From an uncultured Burkholderiales bacterium (lineage in GTDB: Bacteria; Pseudomonadota; Gammaproteobacteria; Burkholderiales; CAZDFJ01): 64,000 bases of DNA. How positions within the stretch are numbered: position 1 is the first letter of the stretch; every line of letters starts with the position of its first letter. The notes under the pieces were generated by a model. It was not told the DNA's origin, did no database searches, and saw nothing but the letters and a program-made list of their open reading frames with translations. This document shows positions 1 through 8,919 of the stretch, piece by piece. A program made the position numbers and the translations under genes. The stretch lies in contig CAZDFJ010000001.1 of assembly GCA_964504875.1 (NCBI GenBank), positions 43,863 to 107,862 on the forward strand, given 5' to 3'.

Positions 1-99
1 GGACACAGTATTGGTCAAATAGAATTGCCTGATCCAGAACGCAGTCTTGAATATCCATTCACAATGGATTTAAGAAGATACGTCAAGCGCTCAACTTAA
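1..99 (+). CDS. C-terminal fragment of an unidentified protein (CDS continues upstream of window)
   Basis: Frame 1 is open from the window edge to TAA at 97-99 (GHSIGQIELPDPERSLEYPFTMDLRRYVKRST*). A hairpin plus T-run follows. 32 residues are too few to recognise a family. Confidence 0.3.
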   Translation, partial: GHSIGQIELPDPERSLEYPFTMDLRRYVKRST

Positions 100-151
100 T
101 TTGCTTTACGTGATTGCATAGTTCCTTTTTGGAATTCATTCTTTTTTGTGT

Positions 152-186
152 GCCCAAAGTATATTTTTATGCTTTGGGCTTTTTTT
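152..186 (+). terminator. rho-independent terminator
   Basis: Stem GCCCAAAG (152-159) / CTTTGGGC (172-179), followed by a T7 run. Confidence 0.7.
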
Positions 187-409
187 CTTACTACATCTCT
201 CTATTTTTTTTTAATTTGCGGCGAATTCATCGATTTTTATAAAATTATTTTTTGCAAAATTGATTCAAAAAGGATTATGATCTAAAAATCTTCATTATGA
301 TGTTATCTATAATTCAACCCTTTTTTATCCAAAAATATTCTATTATTTTTAATAAATAATATTATTTATTTAGAACAACTTACGTTCGTTATTATTTGAG
401 TTAACACAC

Positions 410-2041
410 ATGACAATTAAACAAAAACTTTATTTGGGCTTTTGTTTTATATTAGCAATCGTCTTAATCGAAGTCGCATCAAGTTGGGTTTCTTTAAGAA
501 AGCTTCTTGATGCAGATGGTCATAATATTCACGCTTATCAAGTGATGAATACGGGACAGGCTCTTTTAGGAAATATCATCAATATAGAAACAGGACAACG
601 TGGTTTTGTCATTACTGGCAAAGAAGATTATTTAGAGCCGCTTAATTCAGATACGCAACTTTTTAAAGATAATTTGGTCCTCATGCGTCACTTAACAAGT
701 GAAAATCCTCAGCATCAAAAACGACTCAATGATCTTGAACAATTACAAAAAGCTTGGTTAGAAGGCATTATTTATCCGACGATTAAATTACGTCGTGAAT
801 TAAACGCAACCAGCCATGTGGCCCCTGTTCAAACATTACATCAACTTTTTGAGCAATATCATGGGAAGCCCCGTGTTGATGCAATGCGGGCAATTTTACA
901 TCAAATTAATGAAGAAGAAGAAATCACATTAAAAGCTCAACATGCCATTTTACATGATACAGAAAAACTTGCTTATTTGATTTTAGAAATTGGAGCCATT
1001 GTGGCCACAATTGTGAGCCTTTTTGTCGCTCGTGTTGTCAGCAAAAATATTGCTACTAGAATGGAACATGCGGCGATTGTCGCTGAAGCGACATCAAAAG
1101 GAGATTTTAGTATTACAGTGAAACAAGAAGGCAATGATGAAATTGCAAAAATGCTAAAAGCTTTTGCAACGATGCAAAATCATTTGAGTGAGATGTTAAA
1201 TGGCATTCGAAAAAGTGCAAACGAAGTGGTGCAGGCTTCAAATAATATCGCGAATGCCGCAGAAGAAATCGCAACTTCTTCGCAAGAACAATCAACTGAA
1301 GCGTCATCCATGGCAGCCTCTGTAGAACAATTAACTGTCAGTATTGGTCAAGTGGCAGAAAGTGCCGGCGAAGCTAAAGATATTTCAGTTCATTCAGGTG
1401 ATTTATCTAAGCAAAGTGGTATCGTCATTGAGGAAGCGGTTGAATCGATTCAAAAAATTGCCGAAACCGTGAAACAAGCCGCCCATGAAATCGAACACCT
1501 CGAGCAAGAATCACACCGAATTTCTTCCATCGTTAATGTTATTAAAGATATTGCCGATCAAACGAATTTATTAGCGTTAAATGCCGCAATTGAAGCCGCC
1601 CGGGCCGGCGAAGCCGGAAAAGGTTTTGCGGTCGTTGCGGATGAAGTGCGTAAACTGGCAGAAAAAACAACTAATTCTACCGAAGAAATTGCGCAAATGA
1701 TTTCCAATATTCAAAATAATACGCACACAGCGGTAAGCACAATGATGAATGGGGTGGAGCAAGTTAATGCGGGAGTTGACAAGGCGCATCAGGCGGGCGA
1801 TTCGACCCGAGAAATTCGCGAAAGTACAAAAAATGTGATCAATGTAGTCAATACAATTACAAATGCCTTAAAAGAACAGACACAAGTGAGTCTGGACGTC
1901 GCGAATAAAGTTGAGCGAATTGCGATGATGGCAGAAGAAAATAATACTTCTGTTCATCATGCAAATGATTCCACGAAACAACTGCGTGAATTAGCTCGCT
2001 ATTTAGATCAAGCGGTTTCTCAATTTAAACTCAAAATCTAA
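410..2041 (+). CDS. methyl-accepting chemotaxis protein (CHASE3-like sensor, HAMP, MCP signalling domain)
   Basis: 543-aa ORF. N-terminal TM, a CHASE3-like periplasmic region (…[20 protein letters not shown]…), a second TM and HAMP. Carries the highly conserved MCP hairpin [38 protein letters not shown]. Confidence 0.9.
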   Translation: MTIKQKLYLGFCFILAIVLIEVASSWVSLRKLLDADGHNIHAYQVMNTGQALLGNIINIETGQRGFVITGKEDYLEPLNSDTQLFKDNLVLMRHLTSENPQHQKRLNDLEQLQKAWLEGIIYPTIKLRRELNATSHVAPVQTLHQLFEQYHGKPRVDAMRAILHQINEEEEITLKAQHAILHDTEKLAYLILEIGAIVATIVSLFVARVVSKNIATRMEHAAIVAEATSKGDFSITVKQEGNDEIAKMLKAFATMQNHLSEMLNGIRKSANEVVQASNNIANAAEEIATSSQEQSTEASSMAASVEQLTVSIGQVAESAGEAKDISVHSGDLSKQSGIVIEEAVESIQKIAETVKQAAHEIEHLEQESHRISSIVNVIKDIADQTNLLALNAAIEAARAGEAGKGFAVVADEVRKLAEKTTNSTEEIAQMISNIQNNTHTAVSTMMNGVEQVNAGVDKAHQAGDSTREIRESTKNVINVVNTITNALKEQTQVSLDVANKVERIAMMAEENNTSVHHANDSTKQLRELARYLDQAVSQFKLKI

Positions 2042-2070
2042 GCTTATTTGTTTTTTTCTTTTCAAATCAA

Positions 2071-2099
2071 AGCCAATTTTCTTAATTGGCTTTTTTTTT
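2071..2099 (+). terminator. rho-independent terminator
   Basis: Stem AGCCAATT (2071-2078) / AATTGGCT (2084-2091), followed by a T-run. Confidence 0.7.
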
Positions 2100-2318
2100 A
2101 TATAGATAAAGAAATCATTCATTTTTGAATAAAATTCAACTTTATGCATAGATTTATCTATTTTTTATCATTTTTTGTAAAGCTTTTAGACCAAAAACAA
2201 AGTCATGCTACAATAATCTTACAGGCGCGCTAAACTTAAAAAATTATCCGCTTCAACGCTTAAAATTATCTATCATGTTTCACCAAAATTAGTCTACTAA
2301 ACAGCGTAGGTGACAAAA

Positions 2319-3407
2319 ATGTTAAATCCTTTACCCTCTTTTCTTGAGCCTGAACTTTTTCAAGATTTTATTGATTCTTTGACAGATATTGCCCCCAATG
2401 TTGAACGCGATATTAATGTACTCAAAAGTGATCCACAAAATATTATGATTATTGCGGATCTCTTTCGCGCGATCCATAATTTGAAAGGGGATGCGACGCT
2501 CTGTAAGTTCGAGCTGGGAGCGAATATTGCCCATCCTATAGAATCATTACTTTCTCGCTTACGCGATGGGAATATTATTTTTTCTGAAATTTTAGCAGAA
2601 ACTATCTTGCTTGCATTAGACCGCCTTGAGCTGGCAGTTGGTTCACTTGCCTCAGGCAAATCCCTTGAACATCTGCAATTGCGACTTCTTATTACTGAGC
2701 TGAACAATTTGACAGAAAAAGAAACGCATGAAATAGATGTTGCAGCCGCTGATATGATCGAAAATATTACGGGATTCCGGCCTGGTGGACGCAATTTACA
2801 GAGTCTTACAAGTCGGGCCATTCAAGCCTCTCCCGAAAAAGTCAAACATGATCTGATGGTTTTTAAAGAACTGGCCTTAGTTTTAGAACGGCGTTCTCCC
2901 CTGTTTCAAGGACGGGTCGAACGATTATTACATCTTGCTGAGGCCACAAATGCTATCCGAAATCATCCTGTTGATCCCGTACAACTAGAAGCCGCTGTTT
3001 ATATTCATGATTTAGGTATGATGTTTTTACCCGAATCTGTTTGGCTAAAAATTGGCAATTTAACTGAACTAGAACGCCAAGTCATGCATACACACCCTGA
3101 TTATGCCGCGAAAATTCTTTCTTGTATGGAAGGGTGGGAACAAGCCATGCAGATGGTACAACAGCATCACGAGATGTCTGATGGCACAGGGTATCCACTC
3201 GGCCTAAATGAAAGTATGATTTGCGATGGGGCAAAAATTTTAGCCATTATTGATGCATTCGAATCAGTCACGCTGAAGCATCAAAATCGGGGGCAAACGC
3301 GTTCAACATTACGGGCCATTGCTGAAATTAATGCATGTCAAAATCAATTTTCACAATTATGGATTGATTCTTTTAATCAAGTTGTTCGTAAAATGCTGGA
3401 GTCTTAA
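2319..3407 (+). CDS. HPt-domain / HD-GYP-domain protein (putative c-di-GMP phosphodiesterase)
   Basis: HPt signature FRAIHNLKGDATL in the N-terminal part. HD (YIHDLGMMF) and GYP (HHEMSDGTGYPLGL) motifs in the C-terminal half. I prefer ATG 2319, preceded by AGGTGA, over the GTG at 2310 given in the ORF track. Confidence 0.85.
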   Translation: MLNPLPSFLEPELFQDFIDSLTDIAPNVERDINVLKSDPQNIMIIADLFRAIHNLKGDATLCKFELGANIAHPIESLLSRLRDGNIIFSEILAETILLALDRLELAVGSLASGKSLEHLQLRLLITELNNLTEKETHEIDVAAADMIENITGFRPGGRNLQSLTSRAIQASPEKVKHDLMVFKELALVLERRSPLFQGRVERLLHLAEATNAIRNHPVDPVQLEAAVYIHDLGMMFLPESVWLKIGNLTELERQVMHTHPDYAAKILSCMEGWEQAMQMVQQHHEMSDGTGYPLGLNESMICDGAKILAIIDAFESVTLKHQNRGQTRSTLRAIAEINACQNQFSQLWIDSFNQVVRKMLES

Positions 3408-3427
3408 TTTTTATTTCCTTTTGTAAG

Positions 3428-3456
3428 GGAGAGGTTTACCTCTCCTTTTCTTTTTT
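3428..3456 (+). terminator. rho-independent terminator
   Basis: Stem GGAGAGG (3428-3434) / CCTCTCC (3439-3445) with a 4-nt loop, then a T-rich run. Confidence 0.75.
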
Positions 3457-3523
3457 ATTGACTGATTGATTCCATAATAATAAATAATAAGAAAAATTTA
3501 TTGTTCAATATATTTCTGATAAG

Positions 3524-5482
3524 ATGACAACACCACCTAATTTTATTGATACTTTTTTTCATCGGATCATGCGTAATTTAAAAATTTCATTACGGTTGCA
3601 TCTGACTTTTGCTATCTCATTAATCGTTATTGTTTCCGTCGTATTAATTACCTATGTTAATTTTTATTATTATCAGCGTTATTTAGTACAGGCAACACAA
3701 GATATCTTTTTGCAGGCCTCTAAAAATGTTATTAACAAAATGCAACAAATTTTTACGCCGGCACGCAGTATTATCGAAATTATTGATGAGGGAAAAGAAC
3801 TTACCCAAAATAAAACTCCCGAAGAAGTAGGCGATTATCTTTATACTGTTTCTACCATTACATCACGTTACAGTACGCAAATTTCTGCCGTTTTTATTGG
3901 CTATGATGACGGTTCTTTTATCAGCATTGATCGGACACCTCCTATCAAAAGCGAACAACTTGCTGACATTCCTAAAACAATCAAACCTGAAACTTTTAAA
4001 TTGATTGTAGATCGACATAATCCGAACAAACAGGAAATCCGTTGGTATTACCGTTATCAAGGGAAATGGATTCGTGGTTTTGATCGCATTTCTCCGCTTG
4101 AAAAATATGATCCCCGAAAGCGTCCCTGGTATAAAAAAGCCCTTGAAAAAAAGAATTTTGTTTGGACAGATATTTATGAATTTGCCTTACCCAGTAATAT
4201 GTTAGGAATTACTGCGGCAAAACAAACACCCTTAGTGAACAATAAAAGTGGCGTATTAGGTGTCGATATTGAACTCAACGATATTGTTGATTATTTGAAA
4301 AAATTACAATTTAGTGACAACAGTTACGCTTTTATTTTAGATGCCCAAAATCGTAACTTGATTAGCCATCCTGAATTAAAACGTTATTTTGAGCTCAAAA
4401 AACCCTCTCTTGATTTTATTCATTTTCAAAATCAAAGTGATTTATTGCTCAAAAATGAACTCAAAGCCTTTAACACAGTAGAGCATTTGATCAATAAAAA
4501 TGAACAAGATCGGCCTTATTTGGGTTTCAAAACAAAATTGAATGAAAGTTTAGGATTGGATGCAATTTTGTACTTAGGAGCGCCGGTTGACGATTTCACA
4601 AAGGTGGCCCTCCAAATTGTTGAGTTGAATTTTAAACTGACTATTTTTATTTGCATTCTAATGGTGTTAATCGGATTTTTCACGTCCCGTTATATTACGA
4701 ATCCGATTCAAAAAATTGTCAAAAATTTAGAAGAAATTCGTTCTATTAATTTTGGAAAAATTGAAGAAGTTTGTAAAATTAATTCACCTATTATAGAAAT
4801 TGATAATTTATCTGCCGCCACTGAATTAATGCATAATAGCCTGGAATCATTCCAACGTTTTGTGCCAATTGAACTGATTCGGCAATTGGTTGAATTAAAT
4901 AAACCGCTCATTCCTGGCGGAGATCGTCTAGAAATTACTATTTTATTTACGGATATTGCAAACTTTACTACGATTGCAGAATCTTCTTCTGAGGATGTAC
5001 TCGTTTCTCATTTGTCTGAATATTTTAGCCAAATCACTCAGATTATTAAAAAACATGGGGGCATCGTCGATAAATTTATTGGGGATGCCGTGATGGCCAT
5101 TTGGGGCGCACCGGCTGCGGATCCCGCCCACACACGCCATGCCTGTTTAGCGATTCGTGAATGTTATGATGCAATTAATGCACTGAATCAACGTTGGGAA
5201 GCAGAAGGAAAACCCGCATATCTTACCCGTTTTGGGGTGCATCGGGGTCTTGCTTTTGTAGGAAATTTAGGCACAGAAGAACGAATGAATTATACGGCAT
5301 TAGGTGACGTCGTGAATATTGCTGCCCGTCTGGAAAGCCTCAACAAAACGTATCAGTCACAAATTTTAGTTTCACAAGAGGTTGTGATGGCTGCTGGCAC
5401 GGGTTTTGATTTTATCAAAAAGGGGCAAGTAACGGTCAAAGGAAAAACAAAAGAAGTGACCGTTTACGAAATGCGCGTTTAA
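3524..5482 (+). CDS. Cache-sensor / HAMP / class III adenylate-guanylate cyclase
   Basis: 652 aa. TM, then a Cache-like periplasmic region (…RPWYKKALEKKNFVWTDIYEF…), a second TM and HAMP. Cyclase motifs are ILFTDIANFTT, KFIGDAVMAIWGAP and GDVVNIAARLES. Confidence 0.9.
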   Translation: MTTPPNFIDTFFHRIMRNLKISLRLHLTFAISLIVIVSVVLITYVNFYYYQRYLVQATQDIFLQASKNVINKMQQIFTPARSIIEIIDEGKELTQNKTPEEVGDYLYTVSTITSRYSTQISAVFIGYDDGSFISIDRTPPIKSEQLADIPKTIKPETFKLIVDRHNPNKQEIRWYYRYQGKWIRGFDRISPLEKYDPRKRPWYKKALEKKNFVWTDIYEFALPSNMLGITAAKQTPLVNNKSGVLGVDIELNDIVDYLKKLQFSDNSYAFILDAQNRNLISHPELKRYFELKKPSLDFIHFQNQSDLLLKNELKAFNTVEHLINKNEQDRPYLGFKTKLNESLGLDAILYLGAPVDDFTKVALQIVELNFKLTIFICILMVLIGFFTSRYITNPIQKIVKNLEEIRSINFGKIEEVCKINSPIIEIDNLSAATELMHNSLESFQRFVPIELIRQLVELNKPLIPGGDRLEITILFTDIANFTTIAESSSEDVLVSHLSEYFSQITQIIKKHGGIVDKFIGDAVMAIWGAPAADPAHTRHACLAIRECYDAINALNQRWEAEGKPAYLTRFGVHRGLAFVGNLGTEERMNYTALGDVVNIAARLESLNKTYQSQILVSQEVVMAAGTGFDFIKKGQVTVKGKTKEVTVYEMRV

Positions 5483-5514
5483 TTTAACCTTATTTTATTC
5501 ATTAAGAAAGCTTT

Positions 5515-6129
5515 ATGTATATTCCAGATGTTTTTGCACAAGATCAAATTGAATGTATTCATGCATTTATTCAACAAAATAATTTTGGGATTTTAATTTC
5601 TCAGACAGAAGAATTTCCATTCACTTCACAGGTCCCGTTTTTTTATGATCCAACAGTTGGAGAAAATGGGGCGTTATATACACACCTTGCAACGCAGAAT
5701 CCGCATCTCTGTTATCTAGAACGGGATCCTAAAGCAATGGTGATTTTTAATGGGCCGCACGCGTATATTTCCCCCACATGGACTGAAAACCAATTGGTCC
5801 CAACATGGAATTATACGGTTGTAAATGCTTATGGCACGGTGAAAGTTATTGAAGATATTGAAAAATCAGAACGCATTTTAATCTATCTTGCCGCAAAACA
5901 TGAAGGGAAATCTGGTTGGACAATGGATGCCATTCACTCCCGAAAACAGGCTTTGTTCCGCGCGGTGCGGACGATTGAAATTAAAATTGATCGCTTCGAA
6001 GGCAAGTTTAAATTAAGTCAAAATCGTCCTCCCGCTGATCAAGAAAAAATTCAAGATAAATTATTGCATAGTTCATCGCAAATGGATCGACAAGTGGGAC
6101 AATGGATGATGACATTGCTGCATTCATAA
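5515..6129 (+). CDS. PaiB-like FMN-binding putative transcriptional regulator
   Basis: 204 aa. Start MYIPDVF…, with HLATQNPH, ISPTWTEN…VPTWNY and a C-terminal KFKLSQNRP motif, all typical of the PaiB/FMN-binding split-barrel family. Confidence 0.7.
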   Translation: MYIPDVFAQDQIECIHAFIQQNNFGILISQTEEFPFTSQVPFFYDPTVGENGALYTHLATQNPHLCYLERDPKAMVIFNGPHAYISPTWTENQLVPTWNYTVVNAYGTVKVIEDIEKSERILIYLAAKHEGKSGWTMDAIHSRKQALFRAVRTIEIKIDRFEGKFKLSQNRPPADQEKIQDKLLHSSSQMDRQVGQWMMTLLHS

Positions 6130-6148
6130 ATTTTGACTAAAAAAACAA

Positions 6149-6178
6149 AACGGATGGCGAGATGTCATCCGTTTTTTT
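6149..6178. terminator. bidirectional rho-independent terminator (convergent genes)
   Basis: Stem AACGGATG (6149-6156) / CATCCGTT (6166-6173), flanked by an A-run upstream and a T-run downstream. Confidence 0.75.
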
Positions 6179-6182
6179 ATAT

Positions 6183-8126
6183 TTAGAGGGGGTGGGGTGG
6201 CTGAAGTGAGAAAGCTTTCATTGTTCCGTCTTGACTCACAGAAAATAATTGCGAACCATTATGACTGTATTTAATTGTATAAATATAATCATCATGTGAA
6301 AAACGCCCAATTTGGATTTTTTCGGTCGGATCCCACACAAAAATGTCTTTTTCTGTTGTTGTCACAAAAGTTTGTCCATTTGGTGAAAAACGCACACAAT
6401 ATGTTTTTTCTTGATGAGGAATGGAACAAATTTTTTCTTGATTTTCGATTTTGATAATGTGAACAGTATGATCCCCCCCTGTCATTGCTAGCCATTTTCC
6501 GCATGGAGAAATCATAATATTTTCAATAATATACTCATGTGTCAATAATGTGGCCAGTACTTGCGTTCGCCAATTATATGTCCAAATTTTGCTTTCCTGT
6601 TCAGATGTTGTGGATACCACAAAAAGTGTTCCCATCGGATCAAAAGTCAGGTGCTTCATTTCTGCTTGCAAATCCAATTCTTGAATTAACTGCGCAGAGT
6701 CCATGTCCCAAATCTGCAATTGATATTTTTCAACATTGCCTGTGTCTTCATTCGCATAAGCAACAATTAATGCAAGATGCATTTCATCTTTTGCCATGGC
6801 AAAATGTACAATATGCTGCCCGACTTCCCATGTTTTTTTTATCTGAAAAGTTTCCGTATCTATTAAACAAATATCTCCCGCAAATGTTGTTAATAACAAG
6901 AATGTTCCATTTGCAAAATACTGCACGCCATTATAGGCATATTCTTCTTCACCTTCAGGTAATTGTTGAATAAAATCAAATGTTTTTGCATTTAATATTG
7001 CGCCATATCCCTGTAATTTTTCGGTTAAACCAACAATAGCTAGATAGTTTCCACATGGCGAAATCGCGATATCATATAATGTATAAAAACGATTGGGATA
7101 ATCTTGCGCAGTTTGCAATATTTTTATTATTTTTTGTTCTAAATTAGTGATAATAATTGCATGATTTATATACAACATTGTGCAAAAAGAACCACATGGC
7201 GAAATCGCGATATCTTGTATTAATTCATAATTGAATAATACAGCCAACTGATCCAGCGCTTTTGGACGAAGAGAATAGTGGTACAACGTGCCACTTTCTG
7301 TTACAAACAAAAATTTTTGTTTACCATCAATCCATTTTATTGTGTCAATTGTCTCAGGCAAAGAAAGGAGTGTTTCAATGTGATTAGTATCAGGCTCCCA
7401 AACAAAAAAACGACCCGTTTCCCCAAAAAAGAGGTGCATCTCTTTTAGGGTGTCGCCAAATAAAAATAATGAATGAATCGGCAAGGAATGCGTATAGGTT
7501 TTTATAATTTTTTGTGGAATAATCTCCCATAAAATCAGTGAATGACCTGTTCCAATGGCTAAGTAAGTTCCATCTTGCGAAAAAGCAAGCGTCAAAATTG
7601 GTGAGTCATAAGTTAGCTCACAAATGGCATAACATTGTGAAATATCCCAGATAATTGCCTGCGTTTCAGTGCCAATCCCAAGATATTGACCACACGGCGA
7701 ATAAGTCAAAATATGAACTGTTTCTTTTTTAGAATTAGTCCATTCTGCAATACAGCGATGTTGAAAACAATCCCAAATTTGAATCGAGGCATTTTCAGCG
7801 GCAATCGCTAAAAATTGGCCACACGGCGAAAATGTTAAATGGTGAATAGGCGCATTTTGTTGCGTAATCAGATGTTGTTCCACCTGTATACATGCCACAT
7901 TTTGAATAAAAACAACATGATTATCTGTTGTATAAGCGACAAAATGCCCACACGGCGAATAAGTGATGATTTGTTCATCTCGGCTTTGACCGAAACGAGC
8001 AAATTCGGTGGCCTCTATTTTGAGAACAGGAGAAGATGTCATGTGTCTTAAAAACCTCTGATTGATTTTAAATTTTAAAATGGGCCACATAATCATTTCA
8101 TCAAATTGATAAATTCTTCGTGACAC
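6183..8126 (-). CDS. WD40/beta-propeller repeat protein (probably two propellers)
   Basis: 647 aa with at least 9 recognisable blades. Each carries a [FYI]SPCG/SxDG/SPNG-x-[FYW]hAh strand, for example FSPCGQFLAI, YSPCGQYLGI, ISPCGNYLAI, FSQDGTYLAI and FSPNGQTFVT. The start is uncertain; an alternative ATG at 8042 gives MTSSPVLK…. Confidence 0.8.
   Translation of the reverse strand: MSRRIYQFDEMIMWPILKFKINQRFLRHMTSSPVLKIEATEFARFGQSRDEQIITYSPCGHFVAYTTDNHVVFIQNVACIQVEQHLITQQNAPIHHLTFSPCGQFLAIAAENASIQIWDCFQHRCIAEWTNSKKETVHILTYSPCGQYLGIGTETQAIIWDISQCYAICELTYDSPILTLAFSQDGTYLAIGTGHSLILWEIIPQKIIKTYTHSLPIHSLFLFGDTLKEMHLFFGETGRFFVWEPDTNHIETLLSLPETIDTIKWIDGKQKFLFVTESGTLYHYSLRPKALDQLAVLFNYELIQDIAISPCGSFCTMLYINHAIIITNLEQKIIKILQTAQDYPNRFYTLYDIAISPCGNYLAIVGLTEKLQGYGAILNAKTFDFIQQLPEGEEEYAYNGVQYFANGTFLLLTTFAGDICLIDTETFQIKKTWEVGQHIVHFAMAKDEMHLALIVAYANEDTGNVEKYQLQIWDMDSAQLIQELDLQAEMKHLTFDPMGTLFVVSTTSEQESKIWTYNWRTQVLATLLTHEYIIENIMISPCGKWLAMTGGDHTVHIIKIENQEKICSIPHQEKTYCVRFSPNGQTFVTTTEKDIFVWDPTEKIQIGRFSHDDYIYTIKYSHNGSQLFSVSQDGTMKAFSLQPPHPL
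7051..7214 (-). repeat. 23-nt exact direct repeat inside the WD40 gene (7051-7073 and 7192-7214)
   Basis: CCACATGGCGAAATCGCGATATC occurs twice, 141 nt (47 codons, one blade) apart. Both copies encode DIAISPCG. Confidence 0.9.
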
Positions 8127-8393
8127 CTTTGCTATTCTAACGTTGAATCTCCCTCTCTTTTTAATCTTCCCCGCTCTTTTTTTATTTTTTAGTCATTTAT
8201 TTCCGAAAAAATAACTTTTTTGGTCTTTTTGTTTTAATTCAAAAAGTTTATTTTTATTGATAATTATTGACAAAAAATTTTTTTTATTCTGTTTTTCAAT
8301 TTATTTAATTTTCATTTGATGAATTCATAAAATTTAAAAATTTAAATTAATGAATAGATAAAGTATTTTTTAACTTCTTTTTTTGAGATGCCT

Positions 8394-8410
8394 ATTTTGC
8401 GCCGCAAAAT
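8394..8410. promoter_or_regulatory. 17-nt palindrome ATTTTGCG-C-CGCAAAAT, candidate enhancer (UAS) for the sigma-54 promoter
   Basis: Perfect 8-nt arms around one central base. It is a GC-containing core in an otherwise A/T-only spacer, centred about 178 bp upstream of the -24 element. Confidence 0.35.
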
Positions 8411-8578
8411 AAAATTTTTTTGAAAATAAAAAAATTTTTTTGAATTCAAAAAAAATAACGGTTTTTTAAGAAAAGTTTATCTTTTTATAAAAAACAAATT
8501 TTCACTTCATGATTTCATAAAATAAATTAGTTTGTGCGCTGCAACATTTTGATTCTTCACAAAATCCAAAAAAATAGA

Positions 8579-8594
8579 TGGCATAGTCCATGCA
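8579..8594 (+). promoter_or_regulatory. sigma-54 (-24/-12) promoter of the phenol hydroxylase operon
   Basis: TGGCATAGTCCATGCA fits TGGCAC-N5-TTGCA, with GG and GC at the canonical spacing. It lies 38 nt upstream of the dmpK ATG. The Pseudomonas dmp operon is sigma-54 dependent. Confidence 0.65.
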
Positions 8595-8631
8595 AAATAA
8601 GAACGCAAACAGAGCGAGGTTGTTAAAAAAA

Positions 8632-8892
8632 ATGAAAACATCTGATCAACTAGATTGCTCTCAAAAGTTCGTGCGGGTTTCTGGGATTCGTAATAATCAA
8701 TTTGTTGAGTTTGACTTTGCAATTGGAGACCCCGAACTTTTTGTAGAAATGATTTTACCAATTCCGGCTTTTAAAGAATTTTGCGAACAAAATCAAGTTA
8801 TTTTGCTCGAGCCTGAAGCCGGAGACGTCCAAGTAGAATTTGAAAAATTACAATGGCGTCTTGGTAAAGTAACCCCGAAAGGAAAAAATTAG
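8632..8892 (+). CDS. dmpK: phenol hydroxylase assembly subunit (P0)
   Basis: Carries the conserved VRVSGIRNNQFVEFDFAIGDPELFVEMILP block of the DmpK family. ATG 8632 is preceded by GAGG. The track start at 8590 overlaps the -12 promoter element and is rejected. Confidence 0.8.
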   Translation: MKTSDQLDCSQKFVRVSGIRNNQFVEFDFAIGDPELFVEMILPIPAFKEFCEQNQVILLEPEAGDVQVEFEKLQWRLGKVTPKGKN

Positions 8893-8919
8893 AACGCTCA
8901 TCAAAGGAAGAGTTGAGTC

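Noticed and set aside
2360-2821. Long antisense ORFs inside well-supported genes. Examples are 2360-2821 (153 aa), 6539-6973 (144 aa), 21762-22304 (180 aa), 29344-29709 (121 aa), 34301-34678 (125 aa) and 17983-18285.
   Set aside because: Each lies opposite a CDS with clear family motifs. Their products are low-complexity (S/R/P/A-rich or Leu/Phe-rich), none has a visible RBS and I recognise no motifs. They are typical shadow ORFs.
8590-8631. The ATG at 8590, given by the ORF track as the start of the first phenol hydroxylase gene.
   Set aside because: This ATG lies inside the -12 element of the sigma-54 promoter, so it would be upstream of the transcript start. ATG 8632 has an RBS and gives the expected DmpK-size product.
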